DNA of 64,000 nt, from assembly GCA_963776345.1 (NCBI GenBank), contig CAVZMH010000019.1:288001-352000 (forward strand). Reading direction: 5' to 3'. Both the position numbers and the translations under genes were made by a program. Below the pieces are notes generated by a model that worked only from the letters and a program-made list of their open reading frames with translations, did not search any database and was not told the origin of the DNA. Within the stretch, counting starts at the first letter, position 1. Every line of letters begins with the position of its first letter. This DNA is from an uncultured delta proteobacterium. Lineage in GTDB: Bacteria; Myxococcota; Myxococcia; Myxococcales; Myxococcaceae. Shown here one piece after another: positions 1 to 9,854 of the stretch.

Positions 1-37
1 GGGACTCGCAACGCCGCGTGCTCCTGTGCGATCCTGG

Positions 38-53
38 TGGCACGGAAGGCGCA
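38..53 (+). promoter_or_regulatory. possible sigma54-type promoter upstream of the SPFH gene
   Basis: TGGCACGGAAGGCGCA has GG(-24) and GC(-12) at the canonical spacing, but lacks the TT of TTGC. Confidence 0.3.
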
Positions 54-116
54 AGGAGCAATGCCTGTTGCCGGGCGCCGTGATCTCCGCGAAGTCCCCC
101 GTCCGGGAGGTTCGCC

Positions 117-1205
117 TTGGGTCTGTTCGACGCTTTGAAGGGTGAAAGCCAGCGCATCTTCATCGCCCGCAGCGACGCGGCGAAGAACGACATCATCTAC
201 GCCTATCCGGAGCGAAACGTCCGGATGATGACCCAGCTCACGGTCGGCGCGGACGAGGTCGCCGTCTTCGTCAAGGACGGGGTGCTGCAGGGGAAGCTCG
301 GCCCCGGTCGGCACACGCTGGAGACGCAGAACATTCCCTTCCTCGGGCGGCTGGTGGAGGTGGCGACCGGCGGCAACCTCTTCGTCTCCGAGATCTACTT
401 CGTCAGCGTGCGCGAGTTCCCGGGCGTGAAGTTCGGCGGACCGATCGGCGACGTGCGCGACCCCGACACCGGCCTGGGCATCGGGACGATGGTCTACGGC
501 GACTTCTCGGTGAAGGTGACCGACCCCGAGAAGCTGATCCTCGGCCTGGTGGGCCTGCGACGGACGAGCAACGAGGAGTTCCTGGCCTGGTTCAAGAGCC
601 AGGTGCTCAAGGTGGTGCGGGACCACATCGCCGAGCTGCTGGTGAAGAAGAAGTGGGCACTGCTCGACGTGACCTCCGGCGCGTTCACCGAGGAGATCGA
701 GCAGGACGTGCTCTCGGGCTTCAGGCCGCACGTCGACGGCTACGGCCTCACCGTCGTCCGGATGGGCAACTTCATCGTCTCGATCAAGGACGAGGACGAG
801 GCCACCCTCAAGCGGCTGACGAAGGACACCGCGTACAGCAAGCTCGCCGGCGGCTTCCAGCAGTACGCGCAGGGGCAGGCGATGCTCGGCGCCGCCGAGG
901 GCATGGCGAAGGGCGGGGAGGGCGGCGGGAGTGCGCTGCAGGGCGCGGGGCTCGGCGTCGGGTTCGGGATGGCGCAGGCGTTCCAGCAGGGGCAGCAGCG
1001 TCCCCCTGCGGCGCCCGCGGCTCCGGCGCCGGTGGCGGCCGCCGGGACACCGTGCCCGAAGTGCGGAACGCCCGGGACCGGCAAGTTCTGCGGGAACTGC
1101 GGCGAGCCGCTGGCCCCGGTGACGAGGAAGTGCACCGAGTGTGGATCGGACCTCGGGCCCGGGGCGAAGTTCTGCGGCAACTGCGGGAAGCCGACGGCGG
1201 GCTGA
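117..1205 (+). CDS. SPFH/band-7 domain protein (YdjI-like) with C-terminal double zinc ribbon
   Basis: TTG start after GGGAGG. N-terminal 'QLTVGADEVAVFVKDG...LGPGRHTLET' is SPFH-like; glycine-rich AGLGVGFGMA segment; C-terminal CxxC pairs (CPKC, CGNC, CTEC, CGNC). Confidence 0.85.
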   Translation: MGLFDALKGESQRIFIARSDAAKNDIIYAYPERNVRMMTQLTVGADEVAVFVKDGVLQGKLGPGRHTLETQNIPFLGRLVEVATGGNLFVSEIYFVSVREFPGVKFGGPIGDVRDPDTGLGIGTMVYGDFSVKVTDPEKLILGLVGLRRTSNEEFLAWFKSQVLKVVRDHIAELLVKKKWALLDVTSGAFTEEIEQDVLSGFRPHVDGYGLTVVRMGNFIVSIKDEDEATLKRLTKDTAYSKLAGGFQQYAQGQAMLGAAEGMAKGGEGGGSALQGAGLGVGFGMAQAFQQGQQRPPAAPAAPAPVAAAGTPCPKCGTPGTGKFCGNCGEPLAPVTRKCTECGSDLGPGAKFCGNCGKPTAG

Positions 1206-1267
1206 GCGGGCCCGCGTGGGCCGGCGGTCGCATCTGCCCGAGCGCTCTGGCTCGGGATCGTCCTGAC

Positions 1268-3091
1268 TCAAAAACATCCAAAACAAACGGTGCCGGCATC
1301 CGGCGCCCCGGGGGTCTGTGCCGGGGTGAGTGGCGTCGCCGCCGTGGCCGGGGCGGTCCCGCTCGAGGTCGACGTGGGCGCGGGCGACGCCGAAAGAGGA
1401 GCGGCGGGCGCAGCGGGGGCGATCGTCGGGGCGGCCGCCTTCGTCGTCGGCGGCGCCGCTCGGGGCGCCCCCGTGCCCTCCGGAGTTGCGCCCGACAGCC
1501 GTGCCGTGACGGCGGCGACGAACGCGTCCGCCGAGAGCCCGGTGTCCCCGAGCGCACGGGCGAGCCCCTCCGCGTCGAGCCCGTTCCCCGGGGCGAGCAG
1601 CGGCTTCAGGAATGCGCCGGCCGCGGCAGCCTCCCACCAGCCCGCCCCGAACTTCCGGACCAGCGCCGCGCGGAGCTGCGCGCCCAGCAGCCATCCACGG
1701 AGGTAGTCCGCCGCCCCGAGCGTCGCCTCCTGGTCCAGCGTGAAGCGGGCCTGGTCCTGCGCCGTCCCCGGCAGCCCGTAGGCCCGGTCCATCGTCGTCC
1801 GGTACGCGCCGCGCACGTCCGCACCCGGCCGCGCGGCGGCGACGTTGAACAGGATCTTCCCCGCGGCCCGGCGCGCCAGGAAGAGCTCCTGCACCGCGAC
1901 GCCCTGGATCCACGTCCTGCTCGCCTCGGGCGAGAGCCCCGTCTGCTCCAGCCAGGCCGGCTCGGTGGTCAGCGACTCGAGGAGCGCGGCGAAGGCCTCG
2001 GCGTTGGTCCGGTTCCCGAGCTTCGCCAGCTCGAACCGCCGCTCCTCGGTGAAGGCGTCGTGGACCGCGTGGCCGAACTCGTGCAGGGAGCTACGCTGGT
2101 CCCGGGCGCCGCCCACCGGCCTGAGCGAGATGCGCACGTCGGTCGGCACCACCACCCCGAGCACCAGCCCGCGGGGGTTCTTCTTCGGGGCGTCGCCCGC
2201 GTCGAGGGTGACCGACTTCAGCGCCGCCGGGTCGAGCTGCAGCGGCCCCAGCGTGGCGCGGATCCGCGAGACCACCTCCGCCCGCTTGAATCCCTCGGTC
2301 GCGGGCAGGCGCACCAGCCGCGGGAGGTCCTGCCGCCCGATGCGGTCCAGCGGGAGCTGCAGCTCGCGCTGCGCGAGCCGGGTCAGGGTCGCCGTCCAGG
2401 CGTCCTGGGTCCGGTTCAGCACGGTCTCCGCCAGGGCGCCGAGCTGGTCCGGCGTCGCCTCGCGCAGCTCCGCGGTCCAGGCGGCGGGCTGCAGATTGAG
2501 CGTCGGCAGGAGCTCGGCCGCGCGGGCGCCACGCCGCTCGATCAGGGCCGAGACCTTCTCCACCGCGGGCGTGGCGGCCTCGTAGATCTGCCGCCGGCGG
2601 AGCGCGCTCCGCTCGCCGGAGAGGATCGACTCGAGATTCCGGTAAGGCCGGTCGGTGCCCGCGACCTGGAAGGTCAGCGACTGCTCGACCGTGGCGATGC
2701 CGTCGGACAGGTCCACGAGCTGCTGGGCCATCCACTCCCCGGCGAGGTAGGCGTGGAGGTGCTCCAGCGCCCGGCGCTCGCGCGCATCCGTGGTCAGCCC
2801 GCGCAGCCGCGCCACCTGCGCCACGGCCTCGGGAGTGAGCCAGGCCTCCGTCCCCACGTACGTCCTGGCCAGGTCCGCTGGGATGCCCTCGGTCCAGTGC
2901 TTCCACACCAGCTCGTCCTGAGTGCGGAGGAGCGCCTCGGCCTTCGCCGACAGCTCCGCCACCGCCGGGCCGAGCGCCTCGCGCTCCGGCGTCCGGGAAG
3001 GGAACTTCGCCGCCGGCGGCGGAGCGACGGGCTGGCTGGCGCAGGAGGCGAGGACCAGCGCGAGGAGGAGGTGCGAGGGCCGTGGACGCAT
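1268..3091 (-). CDS. lipoprotein, gluzincin (M3/M2-like) metallopeptidase
   Basis: Signal/lipobox 'LLLALVLASC'; HEXXH motif 'LHEFGHAVH' with a downstream Glu ('NAEAFA'); Pro/Ala/Thr-rich tail. Confidence 0.7.
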   Translation of the reverse strand: MRPRPSHLLLALVLASCASQPVAPPPAAKFPSRTPEREALGPAVAELSAKAEALLRTQDELVWKHWTEGIPADLARTYVGTEAWLTPEAVAQVARLRGLTTDARERRALEHLHAYLAGEWMAQQLVDLSDGIATVEQSLTFQVAGTDRPYRNLESILSGERSALRRRQIYEAATPAVEKVSALIERRGARAAELLPTLNLQPAAWTAELREATPDQLGALAETVLNRTQDAWTATLTRLAQRELQLPLDRIGRQDLPRLVRLPATEGFKRAEVVSRIRATLGPLQLDPAALKSVTLDAGDAPKKNPRGLVLGVVVPTDVRISLRPVGGARDQRSSLHEFGHAVHDAFTEERRFELAKLGNRTNAEAFAALLESLTTEPAWLEQTGLSPEASRTWIQGVAVQELFLARRAAGKILFNVAAARPGADVRGAYRTTMDRAYGLPGTAQDQARFTLDQEATLGAADYLRGWLLGAQLRAALVRKFGAGWWEAAAAGAFLKPLLAPGNGLDAEGLARALGDTGLSADAFVAAVTARLSGATPEGTGAPRAAPPTTKAAAPTIAPAAPAAPLSASPAPTSTSSGTAPATAATPLTPAQTPGAPDAGTVCFGCF

Positions 3092-3122
3092 GAAGGGGCG
3101 AACTGTACCGTCGGCCGCCGGG

Positions 3123-4109
3123 ATGCCCAATCCTTCGCAGTGGGCGGCGGCGCGTGCCCGCCAGGTGCTCCAGCGCGCGATCCGCGAGCAGCTCGAGGCG
3201 CTCGGCTACCGGGAGGTCGAGACGCCGCTCCTGGTCCCGGCGCCGGGGATGGAGCCGCACATCCGGGCCTTCGAGGTGCCCTTCGTGCCCGAGACCGACC
3301 TCGGACGGGCGCGCACGCTCTATCTCCACACCAGCCCGGAGTACGCGATGAAGCGGCTCCTGGCGGACGGCTCGGGGCCGATCTTCCAGATCTGCAAGGT
3401 CTTCCGGAACGGCGAGGTCAGCCCGACGCACAACCCCGAGTTCACGATGCTCGAGCTCTACCGGCCGCAGGCCGAGTACCGGGCGATCATGGACGACCTC
3501 GAGTCCACGCTCGCCGCAGCGGCGACGGCGCTCGAGAGGCCCCACCTGTTCGGGCAGCGCCCCTACGAGCGGGTCACGGTGCGCGAGGCGATGCGCCGGC
3601 AGACCGGCATCGATCTCCGCGAGGCGTCGGACGCGACGACCCTCGCCGAGGCTGCGCGGCGGGTGGGAGTCCGCACCGAGGCCGGGGATGGCTTCGACGA
3701 CGTCTTCTTCCGCCTCTTCCTGGAACGGGTGGAGCCGCGACTCGGACGTGACCGGCCGGCCTTTCTGATCGACTATCCGGCCTCGATGGCCGCGCTCGCC
3801 CGGCTCAGCCCTCAGGACCCCTCGGTGGCGGAGCGGTTCGAGCTGTACGCCCAGGGGCTCGAGCTGGCGAACGGCTTCTCCGAGCTCACCGATGCGGTGG
3901 AGCAGCGCCGCCGCCTGGAGGAGGAGCGCGCGTTCCGGATGGCCCGCGGCCGGCCTGCCTACCCGCTCGACGAGGCCTTCCTCGAGGCGGTGGGCCGGAT
4001 GCCGGCCTCGGGCGGGGTGGCGATCGGGCTGGACCGGGTGCTGATGCTCCTCCTCGGGGCGGAGCGCATCGAGGACGTCCTCCTCTTCCCGGCGCACGCG
4101 TTCATATGA
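3123..4109 (+). CDS. epmA: EF-P lysine aminoacylase EpmA/GenX
   Basis: Motifs EVETP, LYLHTSPEYAMKRLL, FRNGE, HNPEFTMLE, ELANGFSEL, GLDR; lacks the LysRS anticodon domain. Confidence 0.92.
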   Translation: MPNPSQWAAARARQVLQRAIREQLEALGYREVETPLLVPAPGMEPHIRAFEVPFVPETDLGRARTLYLHTSPEYAMKRLLADGSGPIFQICKVFRNGEVSPTHNPEFTMLELYRPQAEYRAIMDDLESTLAAAATALERPHLFGQRPYERVTVREAMRRQTGIDLREASDATTLAEAARRVGVRTEAGDGFDDVFFRLFLERVEPRLGRDRPAFLIDYPASMAALARLSPQDPSVAERFELYAQGLELANGFSELTDAVEQRRRLEEERAFRMARGRPAYPLDEAFLEAVGRMPASGGVAIGLDRVLMLLLGAERIEDVLLFPAHAFI

Positions 4110-4846
4110 TCGGCCGGGAGCTGCTCCACACGGTGGCGACCTACGCGGCGGTGGGGAGCAGCGCCGTCATCGGCCCGATGGTCGTCGTTCTCTCGCCCCG
4201 GCACCCCGAGCGCGCGGATGCGGTGATCCGCGTCTGGTGCAACGCGGTGCTCGGGGCGGCGGCGGTGCGCGAGGAGGTCCACGGGCTCGAGAACCTCTCG
4301 CAGGGGACGTGTGTCTTCGTCTCCAACCACCAGTCGAACTTCGACGCGCCGTTCATCTTCGCCCGGCTCCCGAGGCACATCCGGTTCGTGGCCAAGCAAG
4401 AGGTCTACCGGATCCCCATCTTCGGCGCGGCGGTGAAGGCGATGGGAAACATCCGCGTCGAGCGCACCGGGAGCGACGCCGATCACCAGAGGATCGGGGC
4501 GGCGGTGGAGCAGGTCCGCACCCGCACCAGCATCCTCTTCTTCGCCGAGGGCACCCGCAGCCCCGACGGGGTGCTCCGGACGTTCAAGAAGGGGGCGGCG
4601 ATCCTCGCCATCGACGCGCAGGTGCCGCTGGTCCCGCTGGCCGTGGCCGGGGCGCACCAGATCACCCCCAAGGGCGGGCTCTGGGTCCACTCGGGGCGGC
4701 CGCTGGTCCTCTGCGTCGGACGGCCGATTCCCACCGCCGGGCTCACCCGCGCCGACCGTGACAGCCTGACGGAGCAGGCGCACGATGCGGTGGCTGCGCT
4801 CCTCGAGCAGGGGAACCGGCGGGTGGAGGAGATGCTTCGAACATGA
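4106..4846 (+). CDS. plsC: 1-acyl-sn-glycerol-3-phosphate acyltransferase (PlsC family)
   Basis: NHQSNFD and FAEGTRS motifs; ATGA overlap with epmA. Confidence 0.88.
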   Translation: MIGRELLHTVATYAAVGSSAVIGPMVVVLSPRHPERADAVIRVWCNAVLGAAAVREEVHGLENLSQGTCVFVSNHQSNFDAPFIFARLPRHIRFVAKQEVYRIPIFGAAVKAMGNIRVERTGSDADHQRIGAAVEQVRTRTSILFFAEGTRSPDGVLRTFKKGAAILAIDAQVPLVPLAVAGAHQITPKGGLWVHSGRPLVLCVGRPIPTAGLTRADRDSLTEQAHDAVAALLEQGNRRVEEMLRT

Positions 4847-5541
4847 GCGCCGGCAAGGACAGGGAGACCCTCGAGCGGCTGCTGGCGATGCGCTTCGCCG
4901 CGCACCCCTGGCACGGAGTTCCGATCGGAGACAGAGCCCCGGAGGAGGTGACGGTCTACGTGGAGATCGTCCCCACCGACTCGATCAAGTACGAGCTGGA
5001 CAAGGCGACCGGCCACCTCCGGATCGACCGGCCGCAGCTCTACTCGAGCTTCTCGCCCACGCTCTACGGCTTCATCCCCCAGACGTTCTGCGGCGTGTCG
5101 GTGGGGGCACGCTGTGCCGAGCGCACCGGACGCGCCCACGTGGATGGCGACGGCGACCCGATGGACATCTGCGTGCTCAGCGAGCGCGACGTGAGCCACT
5201 CGGGCGTGCTGCTCCGGGCGCGGCCCATCGGCGGGCTGCGGATGATCGACGGCAACCAAGCGGACGACAAGCTCATCGCCGTGCTCGCCGGAGACACCGC
5301 GTTCGGCCATCTGGGCGACGTCGGCGAGCTGCCTCCCGGGGTCCTGGACCGCTTCCGGCACTACTTCCTCACCTACAAGCAGATGCCGGGAGAGAAGCGG
5401 CCGGTGGAGATCCCCGAGGTCTACGACCGCGCCGAGGCGCAGGAGATGGTCCGCCGGAGCCAGGCGGACTACGCGCGCGAGTTCGGCCAGCCATCCGAGC
5501 GGATCGACGCGCTGCTCGGGCTCCTGGGACTGCCGGGATGA
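4843..5541 (+). CDS. ppa: inorganic pyrophosphatase (family I)
   Basis: HPWHG, KYELDK, YGFIPQT, DGDPMD, DDKLIAV motifs. Confidence 0.92.
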   Translation: MSAGKDRETLERLLAMRFAAHPWHGVPIGDRAPEEVTVYVEIVPTDSIKYELDKATGHLRIDRPQLYSSFSPTLYGFIPQTFCGVSVGARCAERTGRAHVDGDGDPMDICVLSERDVSHSGVLLRARPIGGLRMIDGNQADDKLIAVLAGDTAFGHLGDVGELPPGVLDRFRHYFLTYKQMPGEKRPVEIPEVYDRAEAQEMVRRSQADYAREFGQPSERIDALLGLLGLPG

Positions 5542-5548
5542 CCGGGGC

Positions 5549-6703
5549 CTAGCCGGGCGATCTCGCCGAGGTCTCGGCCCGTCGGGCCCGCGCCCACCGC
5601 TCGACCGCGCCCGTGAGCAGCGCCGCCGCGCCGGCCCGCGCTGCCGGATCCGACTCGCTCCACCCGGGCGGGCTGACCTGGATGGCGTCGTCGAACGGCA
5701 CGTCGCCCGCGAGCGCCTGCGGATCGATCCGCCCGGCGAAGGCCACCACCCGCGTGCCCGCCAGGCGGGCGCGCCGAGCCAGCTCGAGCGGTCCCTTCCC
5801 GCTCAGCGTCTGGGTGTCGAGCCGCCCCTCGCCGGTGAGGACCCAGTCGACGTCGGCCAGCTGCGTGTCGACCGCGAGCAGCGTGGCCAGGTGCTCGAAG
5901 CCGCGGCGAATCCGGGCGCCGCATCCGACGAGCAGCCCGTAGGCCAGGCCGCCAGCGGCGCCGGTCCCCGGGAGGTGCGCCGCGTCGACCCCGAGGTCCC
6001 GGACCACGATCTCGGCGAAGCGGGCCAGCGCCGCGTCGAGGAGCTCCACGTCCTCGGGCGATGCTCCCTTCTGCGGGCCGTAGACGTGGCTCGCGCCGGT
6101 GGGGCCGCAGAGCGGGTTCAGTACGTCGGTCATCACCGTCAGCTCGGCCTGCCGCACCGCCGGGTGCAGGTCGTCGGCGACGATGCGCGCGAGGCTCCGG
6201 AGCGCTGCGCCTCCCGGCGGCAGGGTGCGGCCCGCGGAGTCGAGGAAGCGGTACCCGAGCGCCTGGAGCGCGCCCACGCCGCCGTCGTTGGTGGCGCTGC
6301 CGCCCACGCCGATCAGGAGGGAGCGGACGCCGGACTCCAGCGCGTCGGCGATGAGCTCGCCCGTCCCGAGCGTGGTGGCGACCCGCGCGTCGCGCTCGGA
6401 CGGGTCCAGCAGGACGAGGCCGGAGGCGCGGGCCATCTCCACGACGCCTCCACCGGACCAGCTCGCCCACTGCGCCTGGAGCGGGCGCCCGAGCGCGTCG
6501 TGCGTCCACGCGGTGTGCCAGGTGCCGCCCAGGGCCTCCACCAGGGCATCGGCCGTCCCCGGCCCGCCGTCGGCGAGGGGAAGGAGGCGCACCTCCGCCT
6601 CGGGCCAGCCGCTCCGGACTCCGGCCTCGATCGCTCGAGCAGCCTGGCCGGCGGTGAGGCTTCCCTTGAACTCCAGCGGGGCGATGAGGATCCGGACGGT
6701 CAA
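5549..6703 (-). CDS. glxK: glycerate kinase
   Basis: ILIAPLEFKGSL, PLADGGPGT, GGSATNDGG, YGPQKGA, GAAGG, TGEGRLD motifs; start (TTG 6703) is approximate. Confidence 0.88.
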   Translation of the reverse strand: MTVRILIAPLEFKGSLTAGQAARAIEAGVRSGWPEAEVRLLPLADGGPGTADALVEALGGTWHTAWTHDALGRPLQAQWASWSGGGVVEMARASGLVLLDPSERDARVATTLGTGELIADALESGVRSLLIGVGGSATNDGGVGALQALGYRFLDSAGRTLPPGGAALRSLARIVADDLHPAVRQAELTVMTDVLNPLCGPTGASHVYGPQKGASPEDVELLDAALARFAEIVVRDLGVDAAHLPGTGAAGGLAYGLLVGCGARIRRGFEHLATLLAVDTQLADVDWVLTGEGRLDTQTLSGKGPLELARRARLAGTRVVAFAGRIDPQALAGDVPFDDAIQVSPPGWSESDPAARAGAAALLTGAVERWARARRAETSARSPG

Positions 6704-6812
6704 GGAATCGGGGCGGCGACGGGGACGATGGGTGGCGGAGGCTGGACGAGGTTGGCCGGCACCGAGTCGTCCACGCAGCGTGGCACCGGCCCCCGGGTGT
6801 CGCAACGTCGGC

Positions 6813-7334
6813 TCACGGCCCGGGCTCCTCGCACCAGACCGTCAGCGGGCGCGGCCCCGGCTCGTCCGGACGAACGCCGCGGGCGATGGTCTCCAGGCGC
6901 CGCTGCAGCCGGTCCATCTCCTCGGTCGGCTCCTTCCCCGGCCCGGTGGCGCGGTGACAGAAGTAGGTGCGGCAGCCGAGCGGTCGCGAGGCGTACACCG
7001 TGCAACGCCGCCCCTCGGCATCGAGGAACTGGCAGCCTCCGTCGGCCCTCGGCGGCGGGAGCTTGGGGACGACGCGGCGGAGCGCGTCCCACTCCACGCC
7101 CCAGAGCCAGGGCTCCCGCCCGCGCTTCGCGAGCTGGCAGCATTCGGCCGTGCCCGGGCACCGGAACCCTGCCCACGCCTGGTCGGCCTGGCGGTACAGC
7201 GTCTCCAGCGCGCGGGCCGCGGTGCGATCGGCGTGCGCGCGGCGGGCGCGACCGGGCGCCCAGCCGGGGCGGTCGTCGTCCGGGACGCCCGTCGAGGCGG
7301 CATCCGCGTCCAGCATCTCGTCGGGAGCCCTCAT
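6813..7334 (-). CDS. YkgJ-family cysteine cluster (Zn/Fe-chelating) protein
   Basis: CPGTAECC...CQFLD..GRRCTVYASRPLGCRTYFC pattern. Confidence 0.8.
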   Translation of the reverse strand: MRAPDEMLDADAASTGVPDDDRPGWAPGRARRAHADRTAARALETLYRQADQAWAGFRCPGTAECCQLAKRGREPWLWGVEWDALRRVVPKLPPPRADGGCQFLDAEGRRCTVYASRPLGCRTYFCHRATGPGKEPTEEMDRLQRRLETIARGVRPDEPGPRPLTVWCEEPGP

Positions 7335-7353
7335 GCGCGCCGCCCGGGCACGT

Positions 7354-7620
7354 TCAGCCTCCTCCCGGCCCGGGCAGCGCACCGGCACCGGAGCAGAACT
7401 GCGGGGTCGAGGCGCAATCGCCAGGGGCCATCGAGCCCGCGGGGCAGGTCCAGCCTCCCGGTCCGCAGACGGCTGGCGTCGTCGTGTCTCCGGTGCAGCC
7501 GCCGACGCAGCAGGAGATCGGCGTGGGCGTCTCGCAGGGACTGCCGCAGCCGGCGGCAGCGCTCCCGACCCACCACAGGGCCATCGTCCAGCTCCACCCG
7601 GTTCCCCCGCGGCCAGGCAT
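7354..7620 (-). CDS. small cysteine-rich putative lipoprotein (88 aa)
   Basis: ATG overlaps the stop of the upstream methyltransferase (TGATG); AAAGC lipobox-like; 9 Cys (CGSPC..SCC..C..C..C..C..C). Confidence 0.55.
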   Translation of the reverse strand: MPGRGGTGWSWTMALWWVGSAAAGCGSPCETPTPISCCVGGCTGDTTTPAVCGPGGWTCPAGSMAPGDCASTPQFCSGAGALPGPGGG

Positions 7621-8885
7621 CAGTCCACCACGCGGAGCACGTAGAACTTGAGGTATCGCGTCTCGCGCAGCGCCGTCAGCACGGGATGGTCGCGGGACGC
7701 GCCTCGGCGCTCGACGATCTGCACCCGCCGCCGTGCGTCCGACGCCGCGGAGGCCAGTATCGCCTCGAAGCGCTCCTCGTCCACGTGGTAGGTGCAGCTG
7801 GCGGTCATGAGGATGCCCCCGGGGGCGAGCAGCTGCAGGGCCCGGAGATTGATCTCCTTGTACCCGCGGACCGCGGCCTCGATGGCGTCCTTGCTCTTCG
7901 CGAACGAGGGCGGGTCGAGCACGATGGTGTCGAACCGGCGCCCCTCGTCCACGGCGTCGCGGAGGAAGTCGAAGGCGTTCGCCGTCACCACCTCCACGTT
8001 CTGGAAGCCGTTGCGCTGCACGTTGCGCCGCAGCGACTCGCAGGCCTGCTCGGAGATCTCCACCGCGGTGACCCGCGTGGCCCGGGTGGCGAGCTGCAGC
8101 GCGAACCCGCCGAGGTAGGCGAAGCAGTCCAGCGCCTCCCCGCGGGCGTAGGTCGCGGCGAGCTCGTGGTTCTCGCGCTGGTCGAGGAACGCCCCGGTCT
8201 TCTGTCCAGTCTGCACGTCCGCCGAGACGCGCACCAGCCCCTCGGCGTACTCCACGCGCTCGGGTACCTCGCCCCGGAGCACCGCCCGGCGCAGCTCGAG
8301 TCCCTCCAGCGTCCGGACGTTCACGTCGGAGCGGTCCATCACTCCCGCGGGCCGGAAGTGCGCGACCAGGAGGTCGGTGAGCAGCTCCCGGCGCGCCTCG
8401 GTGGCCTGCACCAGGAACTGGACCGAGAGCACGTCGCCGTAGCGGTCCACCACCAGACCCGGGAGGAGGTCCGCCTCGCCGTGGACGGCCCGGTAGGTGG
8501 TCTCGCCCGGGTAGAGGGCGCGGCGCAGCGCATCGGCCTGCGCGATGCGGGCGGCGAGCAGCTCCGGTCCGACCACCACGTCCTCGAACGACACCCAGCG
8601 GAGCGAGATCTTCGATGTCGACGAGTAGAACGCCTTGCCCAGGAACCACCCGCGGGCGTCGACCACGCGCACCACCTCGCCGCCCTGGAGCGGCGGGAGG
8701 TGAAGCAGGTCCGCCCGGTAGATCCACGGATGGCCCGACTGCCAGCGCTCCGTGCCTCGCGGGCCGAGCGCAATCTGGGGCGTCCCGTCGGGGCCGGCCG
8801 CCGGAGGAGGAGGGAGCGGGCGCTGCGTGCGGGGGCCCCGTCGTGGGGGCCGCGGTGCTCGGTGGGGTCGGCTCGGCGGCGGCAT
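7620..8885 (-). CDS. rlmI: RlmI-like 23S rRNA m5C methyltransferase (PUA + class I SAM)
   Basis: GHPWIY, HGEADLLPGLVVDRY, GQKTGAFLDQRENH, VLDPPSFAK, TASC motifs. Confidence 0.85.
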   Translation of the reverse strand: MPPPSRPHRAPRPPRRGPRTQRPLPPPPAAGPDGTPQIALGPRGTERWQSGHPWIYRADLLHLPPLQGGEVVRVVDARGWFLGKAFYSSTSKISLRWVSFEDVVVGPELLAARIAQADALRRALYPGETTYRAVHGEADLLPGLVVDRYGDVLSVQFLVQATEARRELLTDLLVAHFRPAGVMDRSDVNVRTLEGLELRRAVLRGEVPERVEYAEGLVRVSADVQTGQKTGAFLDQRENHELAATYARGEALDCFAYLGGFALQLATRATRVTAVEISEQACESLRRNVQRNGFQNVEVVTANAFDFLRDAVDEGRRFDTIVLDPPSFAKSKDAIEAAVRGYKEINLRALQLLAPGGILMTASCTYHVDEERFEAILASAASDARRRVQIVERRGASRDHPVLTALRETRYLKFYVLRVVD

Positions 8886-8886
8886 G

Positions 8887-9825
8887 TCAGGCACCCTCGA
8901 TGCGCCAGCAGCGGTGGACGTCGCGCTGGTGGAAGTCCGGCGGGAGGCTCCGCGGGGTCAGCTCCTCGATGCGCGCCGGCAGGCCCTCCGGCTCGAACCG
9001 GAATCCCTTGTAGTTGGTGGAGAAGTACAGCACTCCGCCCGGGGCGAGAAGGGCCAGGGCGCCCTCGAGGAGCCGGCGCTGGTCCCGCTGCACGTTGAAG
9101 TCGCCGCGCATCGCCTTGCTGGTGGAGTGCGCCGGGGGGTCGAGCACGATGAGGTCCCAGCGGGGCTTCTCCTGGGGGGCCTCGTCCATCCACCGGAGGC
9201 AGTCCGCCCGGACCAGCGCCTGCGTGGCGCCGGGGGTCACCCCGTTGAGCGCGAGGTTGCGTCCGGCCCAGTCGAGATAGGTCGCGGACAGGTCCACCGT
9301 GGTCGTGCTCCGAGCGCCGCCGGTCGCCGCGGCCACGGTGAAGCTGCCGGTGTACCCGAAGAGGTTCAGCATCCGCTTGCCGGCGCTCTCGGCGCGAACG
9401 CGGGCCCGGGTGTTGCGGTGGTCCAGGAAGAGCCCGCTGTCCAGCCGGTCCGAGAGGTTGACGATGAAGCGCATCGGGCCCTCCTGGACCTCGAACTCCG
9501 CGCCGGCATCGGCCAGCCGCCCGTACTGCGGACGGCCCCACGGCTGGGGGGCGTGCGTCTTGGTGAAGACCAGGCCCGGCTCGACCTCGAGCACCTCCAC
9601 CACGGCCTGGAGCACCGCCTCGCGCTCCGGGTGACCGCCGGCGGCGCGCTGCGCCCGGCGCGGGTACTCGACCAGGTGCACCGCCGGCCCGTACCGCTCG
9701 ACGACGAAAGGGTATTCCGGGATGTCCCGGTCGTAGACCCGCCAGGCCGTCACCCCGGCACGCTCCGCCCAGCGGCCGAGGTGCCGAGTGTTCTTCCGGA
9801 GCCGGTCGGCGAAGGCGGAGGACAT
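8887..9825 (-). CDS. RlmK-like stand-alone class I SAM rRNA methyltransferase
   Basis: FADRLRKN, YDRDIPEYP, DSGLFLDHR, LNLFGYTGSF, VDLSATYLDW, DPP, FSTN: resembles the C-terminal half of RlmKL. Confidence 0.8.
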   Translation of the reverse strand: MSSAFADRLRKNTRHLGRWAERAGVTAWRVYDRDIPEYPFVVERYGPAVHLVEYPRRAQRAAGGHPEREAVLQAVVEVLEVEPGLVFTKTHAPQPWGRPQYGRLADAGAEFEVQEGPMRFIVNLSDRLDSGLFLDHRNTRARVRAESAGKRMLNLFGYTGSFTVAAATGGARSTTTVDLSATYLDWAGRNLALNGVTPGATQALVRADCLRWMDEAPQEKPRWDLIVLDPPAHSTSKAMRGDFNVQRDQRRLLEGALALLAPGGVLYFSTNYKGFRFEPEGLPARIEELTPRSLPPDFHQRDVHRCWRIEGA

Positions 9826-9854
9826 GCAGGTGCTGGAGTGCTTACCCTCTCGCC

